Source: Candidatus Latescibacterota bacterium (GTDB lineage: Bacteria; Latescibacterota; UBA2968; UBA8231). From it: a stretch of 64,000 bases of DNA. Shown here in pieces: positions 9,726 through 18,935 of this stretch (the stretch's first letter is position 1; the number at the start of each line of letters is the position of its first letter). The notes beneath the pieces are model-generated. The model searched no databases. It was not told where the DNA came from and saw only the letters and a list, made by a program, of their open reading frames with translations. The translations under genes and the position numbers were made by a program. The stretch is from positions 1,280,001-1,344,000 of the forward strand of contig OZ242005.1 in NCBI GenBank assembly GCA_965204725.1, written 5' to 3'.

Positions 9726-9775
9726 AGGCCAGATAGCCTTTGACCTTTCGGGCGAGGGCTATCTGGCCTTTTTTT
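9726..9775 (+). terminator. Rho-independent terminator
   Basis: 15-bp stem AGGCCAGATAGCCTT / AGGGCTATCTGGCCT followed by a T tract. Confidence 0.88.
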
Positions 9776-9793
9776 AGGCCGGAGGAGGGCATT

Positions 9794-10735
9794 ATGGCCG
9801 AGCGATTGGTGTACTTCAATGGTGAGTTCGTCCCCGAGCCGGAGGCGCGGATCTCGATTTTCGACTGCGCCCTGATGTATGGGGACATGGTTTTTGAGAT
9901 GACGCGGAGCTTTGGGCAAAAGCCCTATCGGCTGCGCGAGCATCTAGAGCGGCTCTACGGCTCGCTCAAATACGCGCAGATCGACTGCGGGCTGGACATC
10001 GACGCGATGGAGGAGGCGACCTACGAGACCATTGCCCGCAACCTGCCGGCAATCGGCGCGCTGGACTTCCAAATTATGCACGACGTGACACGCGGGGCGC
10101 TGCCGCTGTACGACGCTATCGTCAAGGAGGGCACGGCCCCCATTGTCACCATCAACGTCTTCCCGCTGGTGCGGCACGTCGGCGGGATGGCGCGTCTCTA
10201 TCAAGAGGGGGCGCACTTCGTCATCCCACCGCAGCAGTCGGTGCCCTCGCGCTACATTGACCCCAAGGCCAAAAACCGCAGCCGCATCTTTTACAAGATC
10301 GCCGAGCTACAGGCCGCACAGATGGAGGCCGGGGCCCAAGCGCTGCTGATTGACGAGCACGGCTTTGTCACCGAGGGAACGGGCAACAACTTCTTCATGG
10401 TCTGCGACGGCCAAATAAGGACGCCCAAAGGGCATAATATCCTGCGCGGCGTATCGCGGGGCGCGTGTATGGAGCTGGCCAGCCAACTCGGCCTTCCCCT
10501 GTGCGAAGCCGACATCGAGCCGTACGACGTGCGCCAAGCCGACGAGGCGTGGTTTACCAGCACCACGACCTGCATGGTGCCGATTACGCGCTTTAACTTT
10601 CAGGCGGTGGGCAATGGCGAGGTGGGGCCGGTGTATGGCCGGTTGCTGGCGGCGTGGTCTGAGGAAGTTGGGGTAGATATTGCAGCGCAGGCGCGGGAGT
10701 ACGCCGAGATGATGGAGGAGGGGTGGCGGCCCTAG
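9794..10735 (+). CDS. Aminotransferase class IV (branched-chain/D-amino acid type)
   Basis: YFNGEFVP..EARISIFD..MYGDMVFE, EGTGNNFF, ILRGVSR, ADEAWFTST; RBS GGAGG before ATG 9794. Confidence 0.9.
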   Translation: MAERLVYFNGEFVPEPEARISIFDCALMYGDMVFEMTRSFGQKPYRLREHLERLYGSLKYAQIDCGLDIDAMEEATYETIARNLPAIGALDFQIMHDVTRGALPLYDAIVKEGTAPIVTINVFPLVRHVGGMARLYQEGAHFVIPPQQSVPSRYIDPKAKNRSRIFYKIAELQAAQMEAGAQALLIDEHGFVTEGTGNNFFMVCDGQIRTPKGHNILRGVSRGACMELASQLGLPLCEADIEPYDVRQADEAWFTSTTTCMVPITRFNFQAVGNGEVGPVYGRLLAAWSEEVGVDIAAQAREYAEMMEEGWRP

Positions 10736-10831
10736 CGGGGGGGCTTGCGGGTACACGGGGGCTGTGTATAGTGAGAGGAATAGGTAAGACCGCCAAGACC
10801 GGCGGGCGCGATTACAGAAAGGAGGGGCCTT

Positions 10832-13800
10832 GTGGCCGACGCTATTGGGAAGTTCCAGCAGTTGCTGCGCGATTTGTTTCAGTTTGACTGCGCTGATCTC
10901 GATTTTGGCATCTACCGCATTATGAACTATAAGCGGGAGGCCATTGAGAAGTTCATTGAGGAGAAGTTGCCCGACTCCATCGCCAGTGAGTTGGACAGCG
11001 GTTCATTGGCGGAACAAGCTCAGATCGCCGAGGAAATGGCAGAGGTGGCTCTGCAAATTGAGGAGATGCTGGGCGAGGACGCTCTCGACGCTCATGGCAA
11101 CCTAGCCGAGACCTACCATGGTACTCGGGGGGGTAAGAAGTACTTGAAGTTACAAAAGAAAGCGGTGGGCGGCCTCTCCCGCGCCGCGGTTGAAGTTAGC
11201 ATCTACAATCACCTATACGCCTTTTTCAGCCGCTACTATCAGGACGGCGACTTCATCTCTAAGCGGCGCTATTCCAAACATCAACACTACGCCATTCCGT
11301 ACAATGGCGAAGAAGTCTATCTCCATTGGGCTAACAGCGACCAGTACTACATCAAGACGGGCGAACACTTTCACGATTACAACTGGAAGGCACCCGATGG
11401 CGTGGCGGTGCATTTTCGGATCAAGACCGCCGATGTGGAGCAGAACAACGTCAAGGGTGACAAGCGGTTTTTCCTTCCGCTCGCTGAGGAGGCGAAATGG
11501 GATGCTGACGCCCGCGAAATTACCATTCCGTTTGAATACCGGCCCCTAACCGCGACGGAGATCAAGACCTATGGCAGCCAAAAGCAGCAGGACAAAATCA
11601 TCGCCGAGGCCCTTGACGCCATTCCTCAGCAGTTGGGCCAAGCGACTGATGCGCTGGCCGCGCTAACTGGCGAGCGGCGGCGCGATGGCAAGGACGAATC
11701 CGTCTCTCACTTGGAATATCACTTGCAGCAATACACCCGGCGCAACACGTCCGACTTTTTCATTCACAAGGACTTGGCTGAGTTCCTCTCTCGCGAATTG
11801 GATTTCTACCTAAAGAGTGAAGTGCTGAACTTGGACCAGATGACCGTTGCTGGCGAAGGGGTGGCCGAAGGCTGGTTTCAGCAGTTGAAGCTAATAAAGC
11901 TAATTGGCAATCAGGTGATCGAGTTTTTGGCGCAGATGGAGAACTTCCAAAAGATGCTGTGGGAGAAGCGCAAGTTCGTCACCGAGACTCAGTACTGTAT
12001 TGCGCTTGGCAGCATTGACGCAACTCTTTATGCCGACATTGCGGCCCATGACGCGCAGTGGGACGAATGGCGAGAGCTGTTCCACATTGACGAGGCCGAA
12101 ACCCACCTGTTCAATTCAAACAAAAATGGGCATGAAAAACGCATTGACTTTCTGAAGACGCATCCGACGCTCGTGTTGGATACGAAGCATTTTGAGTCCG
12201 ATTTCGTGGACCGGCTGTTGGCTAGCTTTGACGACATAGATGAGATGACGGACGGGCTGTTGGTGCATAGCGAAAACTGGCAGGCGTTGAATCTGCTAAC
12301 GGACCGGTATCGGGAGGAGGTGATGTGTATTTACATTGATCCGCCGTATAACACAGATGCGTCGCCAATTCTCTATAAGAATGGATACAAATCATCGACT
12401 TGGATTTCTCTCTTGGATAATAGACTCCAAACTTCTCGACTTTTCCTTACGGAAAATGGTGTCTTGGTCGCGGCTATTGACGATGAACAATATCGGGAAT
12501 TGAGCTTTCTGCTTTCTAGCACTTTCGATAACCAACTTTTGGGAACAATCCTAGTTCGCACTAACCCGTCAGGACGCCCGACCAAAAGCGGCTATTCCGT
12601 GGCGCATGAGTACCTTCTATATGTTGGCCAAGGGCCGGAGTCCTCGATTGGACGCATGCCGCCAACAGAAGAACAAATGGCCCGTTTCTCGATGCGTGAG
12701 GAAGGCGCGGTATTCGAGTGGAGGAATCTGCGGCGAGAGGGGTCGAACTCAGATCGGGCCGCACGGCCTGCCCTTTATTATCCTATATATATTGGAGGCG
12801 AGAGCATACGAGTTCCCAAGATGACGTGGAATGAGGCAGCCGAGGAATGGGTTGTAAAAGAAAAACCTCGAACTGGCGAACAAGTAGTATTTCCAGACAA
12901 CGGAAATGGGATACAGAAAACATGGCGTTGGGAGTGGAAGAAGATAATGAATTCCCTTGCGGAGCTTTCTGTACGCAAGGACCAATCCGGTCAAGACTAT
13001 GTGTATTATAAGAGACGCTTAAACGAAGAGGGAGTGGCTTCAATGTCGTGCTGGTTTGACGCAAAGTACTCTGCGGTCGAACACGGCACGAAACCTTTGA
13101 AAGACCTGTTCGGGGAATCCATCTTTCCGAACCCAAAATCCATTCATGCGGTGGTGGATTCTATATATATCGCAGGGGGTCAACAGGAAGATGTGCATAT
13201 CCTCGACTACTTCGCCGGCTCCGGCACCACCGGCCACGCGGTCATCAATCTAAACCGCGAGGATGGCGGCCAGCGCAAATTCATTCTCATCGAAATGGGC
13301 GAATACTTCGACACGGTGCTGTTGCCGCGCATCAAGAAGGTCGCTTTCGCGCCCGAATGGAAAGACGGCAAGCCCAAGCGCGACGCCACCCCGGAGGAAG
13401 CGCAGCGGTCGCCCCGCATCGTCCAGTACATCCGCCTCGAATCCTACGAGGACGCACTGGACAGCATTGCGTTTGACCACAAGGCCGGGCAGTTGAAACT
13501 AGAGGAACAATTCGACGATTACCTGATCAAGTACATGCTGCAATGGGAAACCAAAGGCAGCGCGACCCTGCTCAACGTGGCGAAGTTGGCCCGTCCGTTC
13601 ACCTATCGCCTACGGGTTCACACCAATGGAGAGACGCAGGAGCGGACCGCGGATGTTCCCGAGACGTTCAACTACTTGTTGGGGCTGAACGTCCGTACGC
13701 GTCGGGTGCATGAGGACGACGGCCGGCGTTATTTGGTCTATCGAGGCGAAACCCGCGATGCGCCCGGTCGCAACGTGGCGGTTATATGGCGAGAAACCGA

Positions 13801-13966
13801 CGGATGGGATCAAGCCGACTTTGACCGCGACCGACAATTTGTGGCTGAGCAAGGGCTGGCCGATGGCGCGGCGACGGTGTACGTCAATGGGGACTCCTGC
13901 ACTCCCGGAGCCATAGCGGTAGAACCGACGTTCAAAGCGCGAATGTTCGAGGAGGTGGCGACATGA
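10832..13966 (+). CDS. mod: Type III restriction-modification methyltransferase subunit Mod
   Basis: DLDFGIYRIMN, CIYIDPPYN, ILDYFAGSGTTGHAV, RKFILIEMG; upstream of a Res-type helicase. Confidence 0.9.
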   Translation: MADAIGKFQQLLRDLFQFDCADLDFGIYRIMNYKREAIEKFIEEKLPDSIASELDSGSLAEQAQIAEEMAEVALQIEEMLGEDALDAHGNLAETYHGTRGGKKYLKLQKKAVGGLSRAAVEVSIYNHLYAFFSRYYQDGDFISKRRYSKHQHYAIPYNGEEVYLHWANSDQYYIKTGEHFHDYNWKAPDGVAVHFRIKTADVEQNNVKGDKRFFLPLAEEAKWDADAREITIPFEYRPLTATEIKTYGSQKQQDKIIAEALDAIPQQLGQATDALAALTGERRRDGKDESVSHLEYHLQQYTRRNTSDFFIHKDLAEFLSRELDFYLKSEVLNLDQMTVAGEGVAEGWFQQLKLIKLIGNQVIEFLAQMENFQKMLWEKRKFVTETQYCIALGSIDATLYADIAAHDAQWDEWRELFHIDEAETHLFNSNKNGHEKRIDFLKTHPTLVLDTKHFESDFVDRLLASFDDIDEMTDGLLVHSENWQALNLLTDRYREEVMCIYIDPPYNTDASPILYKNGYKSSTWISLLDNRLQTSRLFLTENGVLVAAIDDEQYRELSFLLSSTFDNQLLGTILVRTNPSGRPTKSGYSVAHEYLLYVGQGPESSIGRMPPTEEQMARFSMREEGAVFEWRNLRREGSNSDRAARPALYYPIYIGGESIRVPKMTWNEAAEEWVVKEKPRTGEQVVFPDNGNGIQKTWRWEWKKIMNSLAELSVRKDQSGQDYVYYKRRLNEEGVASMSCWFDAKYSAVEHGTKPLKDLFGESIFPNPKSIHAVVDSIYIAGGQQEDVHILDYFAGSGTTGHAVINLNREDGGQRKFILIEMGEYFDTVLLPRIKKVAFAPEWKDGKPKRDATPEEAQRSPRIVQYIRLESYEDALDSIAFDHKAGQLKLEEQFDDYLIKYMLQWETKGSATLLNVAKLARPFTYRLRVHTNGETQERTADVPETFNYLLGLNVRTRRVHEDDGRRYLVYRGETRDAPGRNVAVIWRETDGWDQADFDRDRQFVAEQGLADGAATVYVNGDSCTPGAIAVEPTFKARMFEEVAT

Positions 13967-14229
13967 ATGCGAAACAGAAGGTATCAGGTGATCTCATGCT
14001 GAATTGGGATACATGCACGGCTATCGAACGACATCCCGACAAAGTGAGCGGAACTTGGGTGTTTCGCGGAACGCGCGTTCCCGTATATGCTCTGTTTGAG
14101 AATCTGCGAGAGGGTGCTTCCACCGATCAGTTTCTCAATTGGTTTCACGGCGTTGAAGAGTGGCAGGTGAAAGCCGTTTTGGATCACGAATCAAAGGCTC
14201 TGAGGAATTTCTGTGAAAATTCTGTTTGA
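13963..14229 (+). CDS. DUF433 domain antitoxin (VapB45-like); true start may be ATG 13996
   Basis: IERHPDKVSGTWVFRGTRVPV..LFENLREGAS..QFL.WF, typical of DUF433. Confidence 0.85.
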   Translation: MNAKQKVSGDLMLNWDTCTAIERHPDKVSGTWVFRGTRVPVYALFENLREGASTDQFLNWFHGVEEWQVKAVLDHESKALRNFCENSV

Positions 14230-14245
14230 CCAAGGACAGCTTTGA
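14213..14245 (+). pseudogene. N-terminal relic of DUF5615/PIN-like toxin
   Basis: GTG-start frame VKILFDQGQL* overlapping the DUF433 end; matches the M(K/R)ILFDQG start of usual DUF433 partners. Confidence 0.65.
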
Positions 14246-14285
14246 ACGCCATGTCGAGTGTGCGGCTGTTCGCGGAGGTTACAAG

Positions 14286-14603
14286 ATGAACGCGAAAATC
14301 GAGATTTCGAGAGACGCGATTGCCGCGTTCTGCCAGCGCAACCATATCCGGCGCATGGCGTTCTTTGGCTCCGTGCTGCGCGACGATTTCGGGCCAGAGA
14401 GCGATGTGGATGTGCTGGTGGAATTTGAGCCGGGAACGAGCATTGGCTACATGGGACTGATGAGATTGGAGATTGAACTGGGCGAAGTCTTGGGGCGAAA
14501 AACAGATTTGCACACCTTCAAGGAGGTTGAAGAGAATCCTAACTGGCTGATCCGGGAAGAGATACTCAATTCGGCGGAGGAACTATATGAGCAAACGCGA
14601 TGA
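14286..14603 (+). CDS. Minimal nucleotidyltransferase (MNT) antitoxin
   Basis: FFGSVLRDDFGPESDVDVLVEF; RBS GGAGG before ATG 14286. Confidence 0.92.
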   Translation: MNAKIEISRDAIAAFCQRNHIRRMAFFGSVLRDDFGPESDVDVLVEFEPGTSIGYMGLMRLEIELGEVLGRKTDLHTFKEVEENPNWLIREEILNSAEELYEQTR

Positions 14604-14949
14604 CAGGGTAAGCCTCGTCGATATGCTTATTCACGCAAGGGAAGCAGTAGATTTATTGGGTGAGGCAAGCGCGGATGAGCTGAAAAGTAACCGGGTCGTG
14701 CAACTGGCCTTGATGAAGTTGGTGGAAATTGTCGGCGAAGCCGCCAACAGGATCTCTCCAGCGACGCAACAACGCCATCCAGAAATTCCTTGGCCCCTGA
14801 TAATCGGAATGCGTAATCGGATCGTTCACGAATACGATAACGTTAATCTAAACATATTGTGGAGCACGATAACGAACGAATTGCCGCCGCTTATCGATCA
14901 CCTGAAAGCAATCGTTGGGGAAGGATCTAGCGATGCCGCGCCGCTCTAG
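14587..14949 (+). CDS. HEPN/DUF86 (HepT-like) ribonuclease toxin
   Basis: EIVGEAA...EIPWPLIIGMRNRIVHEY (Rx4H motif), adjacent to MNT. Confidence 0.92.
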   Translation: MSKRDDRVSLVDMLIHAREAVDLLGEASADELKSNRVVQLALMKLVEIVGEAANRISPATQQRHPEIPWPLIIGMRNRIVHEYDNVNLNILWSTITNELPPLIDHLKAIVGEGSSDAAPL

Positions 14950-17900
14950 GCCAAAGGACACAATGTCTGCCGCCAAGCTGGAACAGCGACTGGTCCTATT
15001 GGCTTGGCTGAATGAACGGCTGGGCTATACAGAGAACCGCGATCTCTTAGCGGACATGAAGCAAGCCGATGAAGGCTTTGACGCCGAGGGCCGCAGCCGC
15101 ATCTACGCCCGGTTGGCGTCCCGATTGAGCCGCCTAAAGGACATTTCGCTGGAGGACTTAGAGCGGTACGACGCCAATATCCGCAACCATCTAACGGCGA
15201 TGAACAGGGGGCGGCTCCAGCCCATCTCCCTGCGCTACTTCCAATATCTGGCGGCCCTATACACTGAAATTTTTCTCGACTGGTACTTCAATCGCCGCGT
15301 CGTGCTGTTGCGCTCGCTGAACGATTTGGTCAGGCGGCGCAATGTCAACCGTTCCGCCCAAGAGGCACGAGAAACGGAATTTGCCGCGGCGGATTTGTGC
15401 AAACTGGCGTTCTGGATGGCTACTGGCAGCGGCAAGACGCTCATCCTGCACCTGAACTACCGGCAATTTCTCCATTACAACAGCAAGGCGTTGGACAACA
15501 TCCTGTTGATCACGCCTAACGAAGGGCTGAGCGAGCAGCATTTGGCGGAACTGCAAGCGTCCAACATCCCCGCGTCGCGGTTTGAACTGAACAAAAGTAG
15601 CTTGCTGGGGTCTGGGCGAAACGCCATTGAGGTCACCGAGATTACCAAGTTGGTTGAGGAAAAGCGGGGCGGTGGGATGCGCGTACCCGTAGAGGCGTTT
15701 GAAGGCCATAACCTAATTTTTGTCGATGAAGGACACAAAGGCTCCGGCGGCGATGCTTGGCGCAAAGTTCGGGACGCGCTGGGCGAGACCGGGTTCACCT
15801 TTGAATACAGTGCGACCTTTGGGCAAGCCCTGACCGCGGCGAAGAATGACGCGCTGACGGCGGAATACGGCAAAGCCATCGCGTTTGACTACTCCTATCG
15901 CTACTTCTACGGCGATGGCTATGGCAAGGACTTCCACATCCTCAACTTGCAACAAGAAACGACCGCCGACCGGACCGATAGGCTGTTGCTCGCCAACCTG
16001 CTCTCCTTTTACGAGCAGCACCTCGTCTTTGTCGAGCAGGCCGAGGCGTTCCAGCCCTACAATCTGGCCCGGCCGCTGTGGACCTTCGTCGGCGGCAGTG
16101 TCAACGCGGTCTATACGGAAAAACGCCAATCCCGGAGCGACATTCTGACGGTGGTGCGGTTCCTACACCGGCTGATAGCGGATGCTACTTGGGCGACGGA
16201 TGCGCTTGAACAGTTGCTGAAGGGCAACTCAGACCTGTGCGACGCGGATGGCAACGACATTTTCGCCGACAAATTTGAGTACCTGCGCGGGCGGGATGCG
16301 GCCGCAGTGTATCGGGATATACTGGCGAGGGTGTTGCACGCTTCCGCCGGTAGTGGACTACACCTGTGCGATATACGCGGTAGCGGCGGCGAATTGGGCC
16401 TCAAAGTCGGCGGGGCGGAGGATTACTTCGGCCTCATTTACATCGGGGATACGACAAAATTCAAGAATCTGGTCGCGGCGGACAACGCTGGCATTGTCAC
16501 TGAGGAGGATGCTTTCGCTGGCTCCCTGTTTGACAGGCTCAACGATCCGGGGACGACCGTTGAGGTGCTGATTGGCGCTAAAAAATTTATCGAGGGTTGG
16601 GATTCTTGGCGCGTGTCCAACATGGGGCTGCTCAACATCGGCCGGAGCGAGGGATCGCAGATAATCCAGCTATTTGGGCGCGGCGTGCGTTTGCGCGGTC
16701 GAGATATGACGCTGAAGCGCAGTTCCGCGCTGGACGGACGGCATCCCGATTGCATCAAGTTGTTGGAAACCCTCAACATCTTTGCTGTCCGCGCCAACTA
16801 CATGGCCCATTTCCGGGACTATCTGGAGCGGGAAGGCGTGGAATTGGATGGGGTGTTGGAACTGCCGTTGTTCGTTAAGCCCAACGAGGATTTTCTGAAT
16901 AAGGGACTGGTCATTCCCCGAGTGAACGATGGGCGGAGTTTCGTCGCCGGTAAAGCGGTTATGCTGAAGCCTGATCCGAATGTGCGCCCAGTGTCCGTTG
17001 ATATGTCCGCAAAGGTACACAGGATGGATAGCAGCGAAGGAGGGCCAATAGATGCCGAGGCGAGTGCCGGCACAGAAGGCCCCATACCGCCCGAAAGCCT
17101 CGCGCTTGTGGATTGGGAAAGCGTCTATCTCGACCTGCTTGCATACAAGGAGCAAAAGGGGTGGAGAAACTTGATCGTCCAACCGGACGCGCCGCGAAAC
17201 ATTTTGGCATATCGCAGCGAATCCGGTGCGCTGTACAGCCTGATAGCGGATAAGGCCGTAGTACAGCCGCAAAGTTTCGACGACTTGAAGCGGCTGAAAG
17301 AGGCGGCGACCAACCTAGTGCGGAAGTACGCCGACGCGCTCTATTGGCACCGACGCGAGCAGTGGAATGCAGCAAACTTGGTCTATAAGACGCTGGACGA
17401 GCGCGAGCCTAACCTGCGGTTCAACGTCAGCGATGCCGATAGCAGCCCCAGTGGGCAGTATCTAGTCCGTGTGCCGCGGTCAGAGACCGCATTGATACAG
17501 AAGATTGAAGCACTCATCGCGGATAGCTACAAGTTATACGACGACGAGGCCGCGGCGGGTGCTTTGCCGCGCATCCACTTTGACCGGCACTTATATCAAC
17601 CGCTGCTACTAAGCGATGACAAAGTAGAAGTATCCCCACCGGGGTTAAACAAAAGCGAACAGCAGTTCGTGCGGGACTTGCGGGAATACTGGAACGAAGA
17701 GCAAGGCAACGCACTGGTCGGCGCGGACCTATTCCTGCTGCGGAATCAGAGCCGCGGCCAAGGGGTGGGGTTCTTTGAGAACAGCGGCTTCTATCCCGAC
17801 TTCATTCTCTGGATTAAAGCCGACGACGCCCAGCACATCGTGTTCGTCGAACCGCACGGGATGCTTCAGGCCAACGCGTACCAGCACGACGACAAAGCGC

Positions 17901-18190
17901 GCCTGCACGAGCGGTTGCCGGCCTTAGCCCACGACATATCCCAGCGCTCCAACGTATCAAACGTAAGCCTCGACTCCTTCATCGTTTCGGCGACGCCCCA
18001 TAAGGAATTGCACAAGCGTTACGATGATGGATCGTGGGACCGGGAACGCTTCGCCCAAGCGCACATCCTCTTTCCCGAGCGCACTGGCGAGTACGATTAC
18101 TTGGCGAAAATCATTGAGGGCGCACCAAGCACTAACATCGGAGGCAGAAATGACCAACCATCCCACGGCGGCGGAACGCGCTTTCTTTGA
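14933..18190 (+). CDS. res: Type III restriction enzyme Res subunit (SF2 helicase plus nuclease)
   Basis: FWMATGSGKT, FVDEGH, EYSATFGQ, QLFGRGVR, C-terminal FYPDFILW..IVFVEPHG. Start 14933 or 14963. Confidence 0.88.
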   Translation: MPRRSRPKDTMSAAKLEQRLVLLAWLNERLGYTENRDLLADMKQADEGFDAEGRSRIYARLASRLSRLKDISLEDLERYDANIRNHLTAMNRGRLQPISLRYFQYLAALYTEIFLDWYFNRRVVLLRSLNDLVRRRNVNRSAQEARETEFAAADLCKLAFWMATGSGKTLILHLNYRQFLHYNSKALDNILLITPNEGLSEQHLAELQASNIPASRFELNKSSLLGSGRNAIEVTEITKLVEEKRGGGMRVPVEAFEGHNLIFVDEGHKGSGGDAWRKVRDALGETGFTFEYSATFGQALTAAKNDALTAEYGKAIAFDYSYRYFYGDGYGKDFHILNLQQETTADRTDRLLLANLLSFYEQHLVFVEQAEAFQPYNLARPLWTFVGGSVNAVYTEKRQSRSDILTVVRFLHRLIADATWATDALEQLLKGNSDLCDADGNDIFADKFEYLRGRDAAAVYRDILARVLHASAGSGLHLCDIRGSGGELGLKVGGAEDYFGLIYIGDTTKFKNLVAADNAGIVTEEDAFAGSLFDRLNDPGTTVEVLIGAKKFIEGWDSWRVSNMGLLNIGRSEGSQIIQLFGRGVRLRGRDMTLKRSSALDGRHPDCIKLLETLNIFAVRANYMAHFRDYLEREGVELDGVLELPLFVKPNEDFLNKGLVIPRVNDGRSFVAGKAVMLKPDPNVRPVSVDMSAKVHRMDSSEGGPIDAEASAGTEGPIPPESLALVDWESVYLDLLAYKEQKGWRNLIVQPDAPRNILAYRSESGALYSLIADKAVVQPQSFDDLKRLKEAATNLVRKYADALYWHRREQWNAANLVYKTLDEREPNLRFNVSDADSSPSGQYLVRVPRSETALIQKIEALIADSYKLYDDEAAAGALPRIHFDRHLYQPLLLSDDKVEVSPPGLNKSEQQFVRDLREYWNEEQGNALVGADLFLLRNQSRGQGVGFFENSGFYPDFILWIKADDAQHIVFVEPHGMLQANAYQHDDKARLHERLPALAHDISQRSNVSNVSLDSFIVSATPHKELHKRYDDGSWDRERFAQAHILFPERTGEYDYLAKIIEGAPSTNIGGRNDQPSHGGGTRFL

Positions 18191-18935
18191 GGACAACGGG
18201 TACTTGGTGCTAGAAGACTTCCTCGCGCCCGAGCGGGTCGCGGCCCTGTCGGCGGCTCTAGAGCAGGTCATTGCACGGCGGCGAGCACCCGAGTTCAGGC
18301 GCGAGCACGAACCTGTCTTTGCGGATCGGCTCGACCCGGGCGCGGTGCGGGTCATGCACCTGCTGGCCGAGAATCCGCTCTTTTTGGAAATGCTCTCCTA
18401 CGAGCCGATGATGGCCTACGTCCACGCACTCTTCAATTCCATGCCGCATCTGCATTCGACGGACGCCTTCTACGAAGTTGAACCGGCCGAGTACCACGGG
18501 CAGGGGTGGCACATCGATGGGATTCAGCATGGCTTTCGCAACCTCGGATCGCCCATCCCGCTGTTGCAGTTCAAGGTCGGCTATTACCTAAGCGACATGC
18601 GGGCGCCAGACCAAGGCAACCTAACCTTGGTGCCGAAAAGCCATAAGGCGCTGGTAGAGCCGACGGCCGAGGACTTGCAGGCCGGGGCCGTCCAAATCTG
18701 TGGCGGCCCGGGGATGGCGGTGTTTTTCCACAACGCCGTGTGGCATACGGCCGGCCCCTTTGTGCGCCGCGGAGGCAAGCGGGTGATGCTGTACTATGGG
18801 TACGAGCATCCGTGGATGTTGGCGTGTGCTGAGCAGTGGCGCTACGACCGGGCCTTCTTGCAGGGGCTCGCACCCGCGCAACGGCGCTTTTTCCACGGGT
18901 TTGTGTTCGACCCGCCTGAGTATCGCTGGGGATGA
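18150..18935 (+). CDS. Phytanoyl-CoA dioxygenase (PhyH) family protein
   Basis: FFEDNGYLVLEDFL, WHID, GNLTLVPKSH, FFHNAVWH; RBS GGAGG before ATG 18150. Confidence 0.88.
   Translation: MTNHPTAAERAFFEDNGYLVLEDFLAPERVAALSAALEQVIARRRAPEFRREHEPVFADRLDPGAVRVMHLLAENPLFLEMLSYEPMMAYVHALFNSMPHLHSTDAFYEVEPAEYHGQGWHIDGIQHGFRNLGSPIPLLQFKVGYYLSDMRAPDQGNLTLVPKSHKALVEPTAEDLQAGAVQICGGPGMAVFFHNAVWHTAGPFVRRGGKRVMLYYGYEHPWMLACAEQWRYDRAFLQGLAPAQRRFFHGFVFDPPEYRWG

Larger units (their letters stand above)
13944..14297 (+). repeat. Imperfect 31-bp direct repeat (13944-13974 and 14267-14297) made of the mod 3' end plus ATGAAYGCGAAA
   Basis: TGTTCGAGGAGGTGGCGACATGAATGCGAAA vs TGTTCGCGGAGGTTACAAGATGAACGCGAAA, 25/31 identical. 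Confidence 0.75.

Noticed and set aside
10832-13966. Phase-variable mod (phasevarion)
   Set aside because: No simple-sequence repeat tract found in the 5' coding region or promoter; only a short G run near 11127.
13963-14949. Integron cassette array
   Set aside because: No integrase and no attC-like imperfect palindromes between the small genes.
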